64,000 nt of DNA from Macrostomum hystrix (GCA_950097015.1 CATNEN010000001.1:1674001-1738000); one strand, 5' to 3'; shown: positions 50,599 to 62,912, counted from the stretch's first letter. Numbers and translations: made by a program. Notes: generated by a model from the letters alone, not told the origin.

Positions 50599-51135
50599 GA
50601 CGCCAGCCAATCCGGAGGCTCCCAGAGCCATCGGCAGCATCGCCATCATCGCAGTCATCACCGAAGCAGCGGCGGCGGCGCTGGCAGCTCAGCAAAGAAG
50701 ACTCTATCTTCTAGTAGACTCCCAGACCCAGCCAGGCAGCAGCAGTCGTCTAGGCAGAGCTTCCAGTGCCTCTATTGTAAGAATGATTTCAAACGAGCCG
50801 GCTCCTCCGAGGTGAAGTGCTCAAAGTGTCAACAGCAGGAAAGGCAGCATGGTGAGCCGCGGCATTGTCCGACCTGCCATCTCAAGATGCTATGGAAGGG
50901 CGACGAGTGCGTGCGCTGCTTTCACTATCGGGGCAAATTTGGCCAGCCAGTGCTGTGCCAGATGTGCCAGCAGAAGTGCGCCTTTGTCAAGGACGCCCAG
51001 AGCAGGGCCAAGGTTGACAACCAGACCCTGTGCTGGATGTGCACCTATTCTTATAAGAAGCGAAGGAGACGACTAGAAAAGGACGACGCCAGGGTGGAGT
51101 CTCAGGAGGATATTGACTATCTGCTAGAGAAGAAG
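50599..51135 (+). CDS. FAM76: FAM76A/B-family protein, exon 1 of 2 (no genomic ATG)
   Basis: catttcag acceptor, then DASQSGG...CLYC...CSKC...CPTC...CVRC...CQMCQQKCAF...KVDNQTLCWMCTYSYK. aag|gttggt donor. Confidence 0.88.
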
Positions 51136-51139
51136 GTTG

Positions 51140-51860
51140 GTTATCACCTGAGTCCCTTATCGATTCTCACCAAAATCTCTAATCGATTCTCACCTAAGTA
51201 CCCCTTTTGATTTTCACCTGAACCAAAAAGTTGGTTCTCAATTGAATCCCTATTGATTCTCGCCTTAATCCCTATTGATTCTCACTTTAATCCCTATTGA
51301 TTCTCATCTTAATCCTTAATGATTCTCACCTTATTCCCAATTGATTCTCACCTTAATCCCTATTGATTCTCATTTTAATCCCTAATGATTCTCACCTTAA
51401 TCCCTATTGATTCTCACCTTAATCCCTATTGATTCTCATCTTAATCCTTTATGATTCTCACCTTAATCCCTATTGATTCTCACCTTAATCCCAATTGATT
51501 CTCACCTTAATCCCTATTGATTCTCATTTTAATCCCTAATGATTCTCACCTTAATCCCTATTGATTCTCAACTTAATCCCTATTGATTCTCATCTTAATC
51601 CTTAATGATTCTCACCTTAATCCCTATTGATTCTCGCCTTAATCCCTATTGATTCTCACTTTAATCCCTATTGATTCTCACCTTAATCCCAATTGATTCT
51701 CACCTTAATCCCAATCGATTTTCATCTTAATCCCTATTGATTCTCATCTTAATCCCTAATGATTCTCATCTTAAATCCCTTTTGATTCTCACCTTGATCC
51801 TTACTGATTTTCGTCTTAATCCCTATTAATTATCACCTGAATCCACATTGATTCTTATCT
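51140..51860. repeat. 22 bp intronic minisatellite (aatccctattgattctcacctt)
   Basis: Fills the FAM76 intron. Confidence 0.92.
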
Positions 51861-51940
51861 TAGTCATCAGAAATCTGAATGTTATCAGAGTTTCTGGGTT
51901 TCTTTGGATTTTTATCTTTCTGCCATCCCAACGACTCCAG

Positions 51941-52762
51941 GTGACCACAGCCAGGCCTTCTCTTCAACAGCAGCAGTTGCAGCAGTTTCCGCAACCCACG
52001 CCGCCACCGCCGCATCTAATCTCTTCGTCAACAACAACAACAACGACGACGCCAATGTCGGCGGCAGCCGCAGCCGCCGCCGCCGCAGCCAAAGCGGCCG
52101 CCGCTGCCGCTGCCATGGGCGCCGTCGGGGGCTTCGGCCAGTCGGAGCATCAGCAGCAGCACCAGCTGCAAGAGGAGGCCAGACGACTTCGTCGGCTTCT
52201 AGGCGAGCGAGATTCTCAAATAGCCGAACGGGATCGTCAGATAATGGAGCTGCGCGCCGATTTGAGACGACGCACCGAAGAGCTCAGCCGCAGTATGGAG
52301 CAGCAGCAGCGAGCCGCTCAGGCCGAAGCCGATCAGCTGCGTGCTCAAATTGTCGATTTGCGCAAACAGGCCATCCGGCTGGAGAAGGCCGCGGCGGCTG
52401 CCAAACGAAAACGAAAAGCTCCGTCATATTCTTTGTCGGCTGCGGCGAATGTTGACAGTGCGCCGGACGATGATAACGGCGACGGCGATGCTACAACGGC
52501 CAGCCTGTTTGATCCCAGCCAGGTCCTTCGCCGAGTGTCGTCTAGGCCGGATGTACCCAGTGCTGCTGAATCAGGGGGCGGTCCTCCGCCTGCCAAGATC
52601 GCCGCTGTCGCCGCGACCGGTAGAGCCGGCTCCGCTGAACCCGCCGAAGCTGACAACGGCGAAGATGCCGCTGCCACGGCCGCCAAGAAATCCGAGACTG
52701 CGGCCGAGCTTGGCGAAGACGAGGGAGACAACAAGAGCGATGGATCTGGGGATTCTGATTAG
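51941..52762 (+). CDS. FAM76: FAM76 exon 2 of 2 (coiled coil plus acidic tail)
   Basis: ctccag acceptor, phase 0. QLQEEARRLRRLLGERDSQIAERDRQIMELRAD matches the FAM76 C-terminal coiled coil. Confidence 0.88.
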   Translation: MTTARPSLQQQQLQQFPQPTPPPPHLISSSTTTTTTTPMSAAAAAAAAAAKAAAAAAAMGAVGGFGQSEHQQQHQLQEEARRLRRLLGERDSQIAERDRQIMELRADLRRRTEELSRSMEQQQRAAQAEADQLRAQIVDLRKQAIRLEKAAAAAKRKRKAPSYSLSAAANVDSAPDDDNGDGDATTASLFDPSQVLRRVSSRPDVPSAAESGGGPPPAKIAAVAATGRAGSAEPAEADNGEDAAATAAKKSETAAELGEDEGDNKSDGSGDSD

Positions 52763-52909
52763 CAGCAACGTACTTTATTGTCTAGTTAAGTGTCGCCTAC
52801 TTTTTTTTTGTTTTTCTTTTATACAAAGTGGTGCAATCTTCGCTACTAATATTGCCCCAGCCTTTGTTAAAAACTTCTGAAATTAAATGATCATCATCGT
52901 TTTGAAATG

Positions 52910-53152
52910 TACCTAGATCAAAAGGTTTTGAGCTGTCATAAGGATCCCATATCTAGATTCTCAAAAGGTTTGAGCTGTCATAAGGATCCCATATCTAGAT
53001 CCTCAAAAGGATTTTGAGCTGTCTCAAGGATCCCATATCTAGATCCTCAAAGGGATTTTGAGCTGTCATAAGGATCCCATATCTAGATCCTCAAAAGGAT
53101 TTTGAGCTGTCTCAAGGATCCCATATCTAGATCCTCAGAAGGATTTGAGCTG
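52910..53152. repeat. 44 bp minisatellite (aggatcccatatctagatcctcaaaaggattttgagctgtcata)
   Basis: About 5 copies. Confidence 0.9.
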
Positions 53153-53996
53153 CCACAAATTTCTCTACTACACCCAAAGATTATATTTCTATTTAATTTC
53201 ACTGATCAGTTGAATCGTTTAACTGACCTGCTATTTATAGCCAAAAAAGTTTGTTGACATCGATAAATTATTAATTGCCTGTTTAAAAAAATTAAATATT
53301 CAGATCTTGACATGTTAAAAAAGTACAAATGTTCGAACTCCGTACTTAACCGTAACCTACTTAAAGTATAAAATTCGGCAGCAATTTTTTGTTTAAATGT
53401 TTACTGCAAATCACAAAAATGGCAAAAAACTAAAAAATTTATTTTGTTTATCACATTTTGTCAAACTTGTTCTTTAACCAAAAATTTGTAGGGATACAAA
53501 CCAGTAGCCAAGTTTATCATTGATTTATCATGTATAAATTTACTTCATTTCTTTACCTTCACCTGACTGATCGCTAAACACATGTTAAAGAAAAATATGA
53601 AACTAGCACACTGTTTCTCTACTCTGAGTAGTGCGTTTATCATTACATAAAAAATGTTAACTTAATTTTTCTTGTTGCAAGACTTGACTGTAATGGATAA
53701 GTGTTATTATAAGCAGACATTTTGTTAATAGTACATGATCAGCAGTTTTTTTAACTTTTGCCATTTGATGTCAAATTATTAGTAATCTTTGTATTGCTAG
53801 CCTAATTCAAGATCCCGTGGCATGATCAGTCTCGACACTATTTTCCTGCTGACCCTATGTTACCTACGTAATTAGCGATACATTTTTGTCGATAAAAATA
53901 TCTTAACGAATCAAATAAACTGGACGGTCAGTTATAAGTCAAGTAGGATCACTGCCTCTGTTTAATTGATTCTGAATTTAGAGAACTCTCTTTTAT

Positions 53997-55323
53997 GGTC
54001 AGTAGCTTCCCAATCCTCAGGCATGGTTCAGGGTCAGTATCTTCCCAATCCTCAGGCATGGTTCAGGGTCAGTATCTTCCCAATCCTCAGGCATGGTTCA
54101 GGGTCAGTATCTTCCCAATCCTCAGGCATGGTTCAGGGTCAGTATCTTCCCAATCCTCAGGCATGGTTCAGGGTCAGTAGCTTCCCAATCCTCAGGCATG
54201 GTTCAGGGTCAGTATCTTCCCAATCCTCAGGCATGGTTCAGGGTCAGTATCTTCCCAATCCTCAAGCATGGTTCAGGGTCAGTATCTTCCCAATCCTCAG
54301 GCATGGTTCAGGGTCAGTATCTTCCCAATCCTCAGGCATGGTTCAGGGTCAGTAGCTTCCCAATCCTCAGGCATGGTTCAGGGTCAGTATCTTCCCAATC
54401 CTCAGGCATGGTTCAGGGTCAGTAGCTTCCCAATCCTCAGGCATGGTTCAGGGTCAGTATCTTCCCAATCCTCAGGCATGGTTCAGGGTCAGTATCTTCC
54501 CAATCCTCAAGCATGGTTCAGGGTCAGTATCTTCCCAATCCTCAGGCATGGTTCAGGGTCAGTATCTTCCCAATCCTCAGGCATGGTTCAGGGTCAGTAT
54601 CTTCCCAATCCTCAGGCATGGTTCAGGGTCAGTAGCTTCCCAATCCTCAGGCATGGTTCAGGGTCAGTATCTTCCCAATCCTCAGGCATGGTTCAGGGTC
54701 AGTATCTTCCCAATCCTCAAGCATGGTTCAGGGTCAGTATCTTCCCAATCCTCAGGCATGGTTCAGGGTCAGTATCTTCCCAATCCTCAGGCATGGTTCA
54801 GGGTCAGTAGCTTCCCAATCCTCAGGCATGGTTCAGGGTCAGTATCTTCCCAATCCTCAAGCATGGTTCAGGGTCAGTATCTTCCCAATCCTCAGGCATG
54901 GTTCAGGGTCAGTATCTTCCCAATCCTCAGGCATGGTTCAGGGTCAGTAGCTTCCCAATCCTCAGGCATGGTTCAGGGTCAGTATCTTCCCAATCCTCAA
55001 GCATGGTTCAGGGTCAGTGTCTTCGCAATCGTCCCAGTTCACAGAAACGGCTGGGGTATTGTCCCATATCACAGAAACGGCTGGGGTATCGTCCCAGTTC
55101 ACAGAAACAGTCGGGGTATCGTCGCAGTTCACAGGAACAGCCGGGGTATCGTTTCTATTTCTCAGAAACAGCCAGGGTATCGTCCCAGTTCACAGAAACA
55201 GCCGGGATATCGTCCTTTTTCTCAGAAACAGCCGGGGTATCGTCCCAGTTCACAGAAACAGCCGGGGTATCGTCCCAGTTCACAGAAACAGCCGGGGTAT
55301 CGTCCCAGTTCACAGAAACAGCT
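53997..55323. repeat. 35 bp minisatellite (cttcccaatcctcaggcatggttcagggtcagtat) followed by a 30 bp minisatellite (gggtatcgtcccagttcacagaaacagccg)
   Basis: Abutting arrays that switch near 55020 and end about 70 bp before the MRPS30 acceptor. Confidence 0.95.
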
Positions 55324-55402
55324 GTATACTTTGAAGAACGTATTCTAAAGAGTACAATGTTCTCACTGTTCTCACTGTACAATGTTCTTGTTGCAGTCTC
55401 GC

Positions 55403-55795
55403 ATGAGCGCATCAATCAGGCTAGCCGCAAATGGCCGGCGCGGCTGCACTTTTGGCCCACTGATCCTGCAGCATCGCCGCGATTTGCACCTGTCGGCTGT
55501 ACTAAATCGCATACCTCACTTTCACCGCAAGCGCTACCGTCGCACCCTAGTCCCGCCGTATCACAGTGCGCGCTACGCCGACGAAGATTTGACGGCAACT
55601 GAGGAGCCGCCATTGCCTCTGGATGGCAGCCTGAAGACTACTAGAAAATCGCCCAACGAAACCAGGATTGAGTCTATGCTCAAACAGCGCTCTTTGTACG
55701 GAAAATTGTCCGAATTGAACGAGACGGAAGATAACATGTGGTACAGACTGATGAAGCTGCCCTTGCAGCATCCGTGCTGTCTGCCACTGGCCCAG
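55403..55795 (+). CDS. MRPS30: Mitochondrial ribosomal protein S30 (mL65), exon 1 of 4
   Basis: Arg-rich presequence-like MSASIRLAANGRRG... cag|gtgcgc donor. In frame with the downstream exons. Confidence 0.78.
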
Positions 55796-55956
55796 GTGCG
55801 CACAGTTGCAGATTGCTTTCAGAGAGAATTTAGGAGCTCAGAATTTGAATGGCAGTTTTGCAATGATTACGAAATGTGATTCTCGAAGATGAAAAGAAGG
55901 GGGGATTTTTAGATTGTAATAATGCGATATTTCGGATAGTAAAAATAGGGAAATTT

Positions 55957-56320
55957 GGGATGGTAAGAAGGAAAGATTATGGATGGCAAGAAGGGGAGAT
56001 TATGGATGGCAAGAAGGGGAGATTATGGATGGCAAGAAGGGGAGATTATGGATGGCAAGAAGGGGAGATTATGGATGGCAAGAAGGGGAGATTATGGATG
56101 GCAAGAAGGGGAGATTATGGATGGCAAGAAGGGGAGATTATGGATGGCAAGAAGGGGAGATTATGGATGGCAAGAAGGGGAGACTATGGATGGTAAGAAG
56201 GAAAGATTATGGATGGCAAGAAGGGGAGATTATGGATGGCAAGAAGGGGAGATTATGGATGGCAAGAAGGGGAGATTATGGATGGCAAGAAGGGGAGATT
56301 ATGGATGGTAAAAAGGGGAT
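55957..56320. repeat. 23 bp intronic minisatellite (ggatggcaagaaggggagattat)
   Basis: MRPS30 intron 1. Confidence 0.93.
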
Positions 56321-56432
56321 ATTTTGCAGATTGGGGGAATTTGGGGGAAGATATCGAAAGGGTTTAAGGGAGCAGTTTGAAACGTTTCTAAAATAGAGAT
56401 ATCAATAAAACAAATCGATCCGCCTCCCTCAG

Positions 56433-56839
56433 GCCATCTGCCACGCCAACATTGATCCCTGGCTAGCTCCGGCGTCTGCTCACCGTCTCACTGCCGACTC
56501 AACCGGATCCGCTAAAAATGTCGATACAAACTCAGTCGCCGATTCTATCACAGCCTCTGCGTCTCCTGCTAAGCCAATCGACGTAGCCTCGCCGACCTCT
56601 CGCCTATCTGGCGAGCAGCGCTCCAAAATAATAGCCGACGCCCTTGCCGCTGTTCGCAATGTTGAAGCTCAGCATCGTTGGCCTGAACAGCCCGGACCTC
56701 TGGCAGCGGCCAGAATGCAGCGGAGACGCATTTGCGCAGTCATGGAATCCCTACTGCTGGCCTGCGCTAGAACTGGTGTACTGCCTAACCCTCAGGATTT
56801 GCAACCCGATGAGACTACCTTTGTGCAGATGTTCGCCAG
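56433..56839 (+). CDS. MRPS30: MRPS30 exon 2 of 4
   Basis: ccctcag acceptor, phase 0. Open frame AICHANIDPW...TFVQMFA-R. gtgggc donor (phase 2). Confidence 0.78.
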
Positions 56840-56879
56840 GTGGGCTTTGACTAGAATTTATCTGCATCAGGCCGAAATA

Positions 56880-59640
56880 AGATTCTTCCCATATCGTCAG
56901 TTCCCAAATGGGATTCTTCCAGAAGACCAGTTCTCAAATGGGATTCTTCCAGTATCCCAGTTCTCAAATGGGATTCTTCCAGTAGACCAGTTCTCAAATG
57001 GGATTTTTCCAGTAGACCAGTTCTCAAATGGGATTTTTCCAGTAGACCAGTTCTCAAATGGGATTTTTCCAGTAGACCAGTTCTCAAATGGGATTCTTCC
57101 AGTATCCCAGTTCTCAAATGGGATTCTTCCAGTAGACCAGTTCTCAAATGGGATTTTTCCAGTAGACCAGTTCTCAAATGGGATTTTTCCAGTAGACCAG
57201 TTCTCAAATGGGATTCTTCCAGTAGACCAGTTCTCAAATGGGATTCTTCCAGTAGACCAGTTCTCAAATGGGATTCTTCCAGTAGACCAGTTCTCAAATG
57301 CTATTCTTCCAGTAGACCAGTTCTCAAATGGGAATCTTCCGTTACACCAGTTCCCAAATGGATTCTTCCAGATAAGTTCCAAAATGGGATTCTTCCCATA
57401 TCGTCATTTCCCAAATAGGGATTCTTCCAGTTCACCTGTTCGCAAACGGGACTATTCCATTTGACCAGTACCCAAAATAGGATTCTTTTCCTATCCTTCC
57501 AAAACACCAGTTCCTTAATAGGGATTCTTCCAGTTCAAGAGTTCCCAAATGGGATTCTTCCAGCTCACCTGTTCCCAAATGGGATTATTCCAAATCAATT
57601 GTTCTAAAATGGGAATATTCCAAAACACCAGTTTCCATATGGGATTCTTCCAAAACACCAGTTCCTAAATAGGGATTCTTCCAGTTCACCTGTTCCAAAT
57701 GGGACTCTTCTAGTTCACCTGTTCCAAATGGGACTCTTCTAGTTCACCTGTTCCAAATGGGACTCTTCTAGTTCACCTGTTCCAAATGGGACTCTTCCAG
57801 CTCACCTGTTCCCAAATGGGATTATTCCAAATCAATTGTTCTAAAATGGGAATATTCCAAAACACCAGTTTCCATATGGGATTCTTCCAAAACACCAGTT
57901 CCTAAATAGGGATTCTTCCAGTTCACCTGTCCCAAATGGGACTCTTCTAGTTCACCTGTTCCAAATGGGACTCTTCTAGTTCACCTGTCCCAAATGGGAC
58001 TCTTCTAGTTCACCTGTCCCAAATGGGACTCTTCTAGTTCACCTGTCCCAAATGGGACTCTTCTAGTTCACCTGTTCCAAATGGGACTCTTCTAGTTCAC
58101 CTGTCCCAAATGGGACTCTTCTAGTTCACCTGTTCCAAATGGGACTCTTCCAGTTCACCTGTTCCAAATGGGACTCTTCCAGTTCACCTGTTCCAAATGG
58201 GACTCTTCCAGTTCACCTGTCCCAAATGGGACTCTTCTAGTTCACCTGTTCCAAATGGGACTCTTCCAGTTCACCTGTTCCAAATGGGACTCTTCCAGTT
58301 CACCTGTTCCAAATGGGACTCTTCCAGTTCACCTGTCCCAAATGGGACTCTTCTAGTTCACCTGTTCCAAATGGGACTCTTCCAGTTCACCTGTTCCAAA
58401 TGGGACTCTTCCAGTTCACCTGTTCCAAATGGGACTCTTCCAGTTCACCTGTCCCAAATGGGACTCTTCCAGTTCACCTGTTCCAAATGGGACTCTTCTA
58501 GTTCACCTGTTCCAAATGGGACTCTTCCAGTTCACCTGTTCCAAATGGGACTCTTCCAGTTCACCTGTTCCAAATGGGACTCTTCCAGTTCACCTGTCCC
58601 AAATGGGACTCTTCCAGTTCACCTGTTCCAAATGGGACTCTTCCAGTTCACCTGTTCCAAATGGGACTCTTCCAGTTCACCTGTCCCAAATGGGACTCTT
58701 CTAGTTCACCTGTTCCAAATGGGACTCTTCCAGTTCACCTGTTCCAAATGGGACTCTTCCAGTTCACCTGTTCCAAATGGGACTCTTCTAGTTCACCTGT
58801 TCCAAATGGGACTCTTCCAGTTCACCTGTTCCAAATGGGACTCTTCCAGTTCACCTGTTCCAAATGGGACTCTTCCAGTTCACCTGTTCCAAATGGGACT
58901 CTTCCAGTTCACCTGTCCCAAATGGGACTCTTCCAGTTCACCTGTTCCAAATGGGACTCTTCTAGTTCACCTGTCCCAAATGGGACTCTTCCAGTTCACC
59001 TGTTCCAAATGGGACTCTTCTAGTTCACCTGTTCCAAATGGGACTCTTCCAGTTCACCTGTTCCAAATGGGACTCTTCTAGTTCACCTGTTCCAAATGGG
59101 ATTATTCCAAATCAATTGTTCTAAAATGGGAATATTCCAAAACACCAGTTTCCATATGGGATTCTTCCAAAACACCAGTTCCTAAATAGGGATTCTTCCA
59201 GTTCACCTGTTCCAAATGGGACTCTTCTAGTTCACCTGTTCTAAATGGGACTCTTCTAGTTCACCTGTTCCAAATGGGACTCTTCTAGTTCACCTGTTCC
59301 AAATGGGACTCTTCTAGTTCACCTGTTCCAAATGGGACTCTTCTAGTTCACCTGTTCCAAATGGGACTCTTCCAGCTCACCTGTTCCCAAATGGGATTAT
59401 TCCAGTTCACCTGTTCCAAATGGGACTCTTCTAGTTCACCTGTTCCAAATGGGACTCTTCTAGTTCACCTGTTCCAAATGGGACTCTTCCAGTTCACCTG
59501 TCCCAAATGGGACTCTTCTAGTTCACCTGTTCCCAAAATTTACCTGTTTCCAGATCACTAGTTCGCAAATGGGATTATTCCAGAACACCTGCTTTTATAT
59601 GGGATTCTTCCCCTACTCCAGCTCCTAAACGGTATTCTTC
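56880..59640. repeat. 30 bp (aaatgggattcttccagtagaccagttctc) and related 29 bp (aaatgggactcttccagttcacctgttcc) intronic minisatellites
   Basis: Fill MRPS30 intron 2. Confidence 0.96.
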
Positions 59641-59652
59641 CCAATGGCGCAG

Positions 59653-60078
59653 GTACTCCGGCCTGCATCCGTCGGCAAGCAAGCGTCTCCTGCTGCCCGA
59701 CCTCGCCTCCATGCGCACCGGCCGCTTCCTGATTCGCGCCCCGCTCGCCTGGCAACTGCGCGCCCGCACTCCGCTGCGTCCGCTGGCTTCCTCCGTCGGC
59801 TTCAGCTCCGGCCCGCCCGGCTGGCCCTACAATCCGGATCTGCTAGGCCTTAAGCCCGAGTTTGACTATTGGAGCTTCGAAGAGACCGCTAAAACTTTGC
59901 ATAGACGAGTTGGCGATCAATTCCTGCGAGCGGTACCTGGCCACGTGACAGATGACATCAAACACCCGGGAGATCCGTGCGAATTCGGCCTGCTGCTAGC
60001 TGTTAATGGCGACGATACTGGCACGGACAGGCAGAGGGACGAGCCGCCGCCCGTTGACTTTCGACGACCGGAATTTTG
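59653..60078 (+). CDS. MRPS30: MRPS30 exon 3 of 4
   Basis: gcgcag acceptor (phase 2). ...WQLRARTPLRPL...VPGH...PGDPCEFGLL. tg|gtgaga donor. Confidence 0.85.
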
Positions 60079-60297
60079 GTGAGATTTTTAACGGGTTTTT
60101 CGACAAGTATATTTTAATTTCATGATATTTGATGTATAAACAAACGTCAATTAAGCCCTATTGTTGCAGGCTTCCAAAGAATATTTTTCGGGGTGTAAGT
60201 TGCTTGCGTACATTGTATATACATTGCTTCCGTACATTGAATGTACATTGCTTGTGTACATTTTTACGTCTGAAAGATTATCGACTTCTTTTTTCAG

Positions 60298-61063
60298 GCC
60301 CGCGCTCACCTGCGACGCCCTGCTCCGATTGTACGCTTCGACTGCCGCTCAAGCGTTCAATCGCGGCTTCAATTGGGTGACAGATCTGCGCCTTGGCGAT
60401 CGGCCATTTGTTACACAGTCGGCCACTTTCGTTAGCGACAGCTTGAAACTATCCGCCTTCCAACTGGCCACGGTGGCTGGCGGCGGCGACTATCAAACAG
60501 CGGCATCCGCCACCGCTGCCGGCATGACCGACGACGACAACAGCAAAGCGTCGGCCTCTGTTCGCATTGTGAACCAGATGTGGACTCAGCCGGAGCCGGT
60601 GTTGCTATGGCAACGCAGCAGCAGCACTGGCCGCATTGTGGACGCCAATTCTGAGCAGCTGCTCAGGCTGGCCGATCTGCTCTGCGCGCCTCGCTGCAGT
60701 CGAGCTGAAGCGGCCGAGTCTAGGCCGTTCCTCGACGGCGAAGCGCCTTGCTCCAGGACCCGATGGATCAGCAACGCATCCGAGGTCGACGGTGTCAACG
60801 ATGATGAGCCAATCTACCAGCCGGTTGAGCCTCTGCGCCTTAAGTATCGACCGAAGCCGCGCAGTCCGAACCACATGTACCTATTGGACATGGTGCAGCC
60901 TGGCACTCTCTACAAAGACCTGACTGCGCATCCGAGATTTCCTCGCCTACCGGAACAATTGGAAACTCGCGTTGCCAACTGGCAATTGCGCCGAGAATAT
61001 GTCAAGCGCGGCCGGCGCAAGGTTGCGCGCAAGCCCTATCTTATTACTGACGAATTTCCATAA
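60298..61063 (+). CDS. MRPS30: MRPS30 exon 4 of 4
   Basis: ttttcag acceptor. ASTAAQAFNRGF...DL...RPFVTQS...AFQLAT...NQMW matches the mL65 motif AQA..QGF...D..RPFVSQ...YQLNT...N..W. Confidence 0.88.
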
Positions 61064-62284
61064 TTATTTAGATATCGACTGCCTAGCAACTGCTTTTGTT
61101 TACCTTGGATACCGGGTATCAGATTTAAGCAATATAACTTGTTAATTCTTATAATGAAGCCATTCTTCCGTTCTTTTAGAAGTAGGTATCCATGGTAAAC
61201 AAATCGGTTGCTAAGGGTAAAAATGATCTAAAAATCGTGGTAGCATTTTTGTTATAAGCGCAGAATGGAGTAAAATAACTTTGTTACACTTGTTTCACCC
61301 TAGTAATATTTTTACGAACTGTTAGTGTTCTAGAGTGAATTTGCAGTCTTTGAAAGCAATTCCGTTGCGTTTAAGACAAATTAAATATATATATTTGTTA
61401 TTATCGCTGGCTGCTAAGCATTGAACGTTCAAACTTTGGTTCTACATTTGATTTAGAAGTTCGGCGAGCTGAATTTAAAGTGGTGTTTATGTGTGATGAT
61501 GTGATTTTTACTTTTTCATTTATATATTATAAGATTTGTATCGAAAAGTGCAAGTTATAGTTTAATTGATAATTAAACTTGAGCACTTAAAACTAAAAAT
61601 GAAAAAAAAAGTTTATATTTGCTACACGATACTTTTGTACTTTTCGTGCAGACGTTAAAAAAATCAGTAGTTCCATTTCCTACTCTCGAGCCAACGAGCC
61701 ACAGCCAGACTGAATAAATAGTCAATCCGCGACTATGTTTTATACGGATTGTTAATCCGCCCACTCTGCGCACTGAGCAAACGATCTAACTTTCCATGAA
61801 AGTGAATAAGAATGTCTCCATGTCTCTCAGTCTGTCATTGTGACGATTGAAGAAATATTCACTTAATCCATAACTCCTCTCTCAAGCAAGCCATTAGACC
61901 GATCTGCACGTGCTTTTTAGGCAATAGCAAATGTTATTTGTTCTAACCCTAGTCGGCATTAGAAAAACTTGCCTGAATGACCTACTGCTATACCGGATAT
62001 TAAGTCATGTCTTCCCTTGCGCGGTTGGCTGCACACACTCGACTGAAAATATAACAAGACACAGAATTGATTTTTCCTCCCTTGCCCATGCCCTTATTGC
62101 AGAGCTTGCCATTTGCAAACGCTTCGCTAAATATGGCAGCGCTCATATTAGCTTCGCTGGCGTTTGAAATTTGTCTATATCCACACCCTCTAAGAACCCG
62201 AGCTACTAATGTACGCGCTTAGTTCTAAAACCCGCTTCACTTTTTCACCCTTGTCGTGCATGCCAGCTTCATTTGACCTTGAAG

Positions 62285-62305
62285 AGTAGCCAATCAGCGG
62301 GCTGC
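62285..62305 (+). promoter_or_regulatory. Candidate CCAAT box (tagccaatcag) upstream of ChaC
   Basis: NF-Y consensus about 430 bp before the ATG. Motif match only. Confidence 0.35.
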
Positions 62306-62720
62306 AGAGAAGCGGAAAGCAAAGGACTGATATAGAAAGCATAGAGAAAGTTGTAGTTTGTGCCGATCTATTTTTATCATCAATGCGTCCTAGCTTGGTG
62401 AGTGTGATGAATGTACATTCCTGCCATTTCGTCAGTTCTCTCTCTCCATTGGACCCCTGATTTCATTCAACCCCCCACCAAAATGCAAGAGAATAACTTA
62501 ACTTCGTAGTAAGCGCAGAAGCCCATTCATTCAGCCGGAATTCCTCCCGCTATATTAACGCACTGAGCTCTGTTTTTCTTCTCAATTACCCCCTCTTTTT
62601 TGTTGATGTTTGAGTCACAATTTGAGCACAGCGTCGTCTATCTAGAAGTAGATCGGACTCATATTCGTTTCTAATTTGTCTTGGCTCTTTGCTGGGGTTT
62701 AAAGAGAAGCTAAATAAACT

Positions 62721-62912
62721 ATGCCGCCAATCGAACTGGAGAAGCTAATCCAAGACCTGGTGTCCGTTGACGGCTCTCTACGAATATTTGGCTACGGATC
62801 GTTGATTTGGAAGCCGAATTTTCCATTTAAGAGTAGAACTGTCGGCTACATTAAAGGCTACGAACGGAGATTTTATCAGGGCACAACTACGCATAGAGGG
62901 ACGCCAGAATGG
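62721..62912 (+). CDS. CHAC: ChaC glutathione-specific gamma-glutamylcyclotransferase, exon 1 (rest outside the window)
   Basis: [13 protein letters not shown]...[22 protein letters not shown] signature. gtaaga donor. Confidence 0.93.

Noticed and set aside
61186-61220. Two RFX X-box-like motifs after the MRPS30 stop
   Set aside because: Imperfect matches in a probable 3' UTR and far from the ciliary genes.
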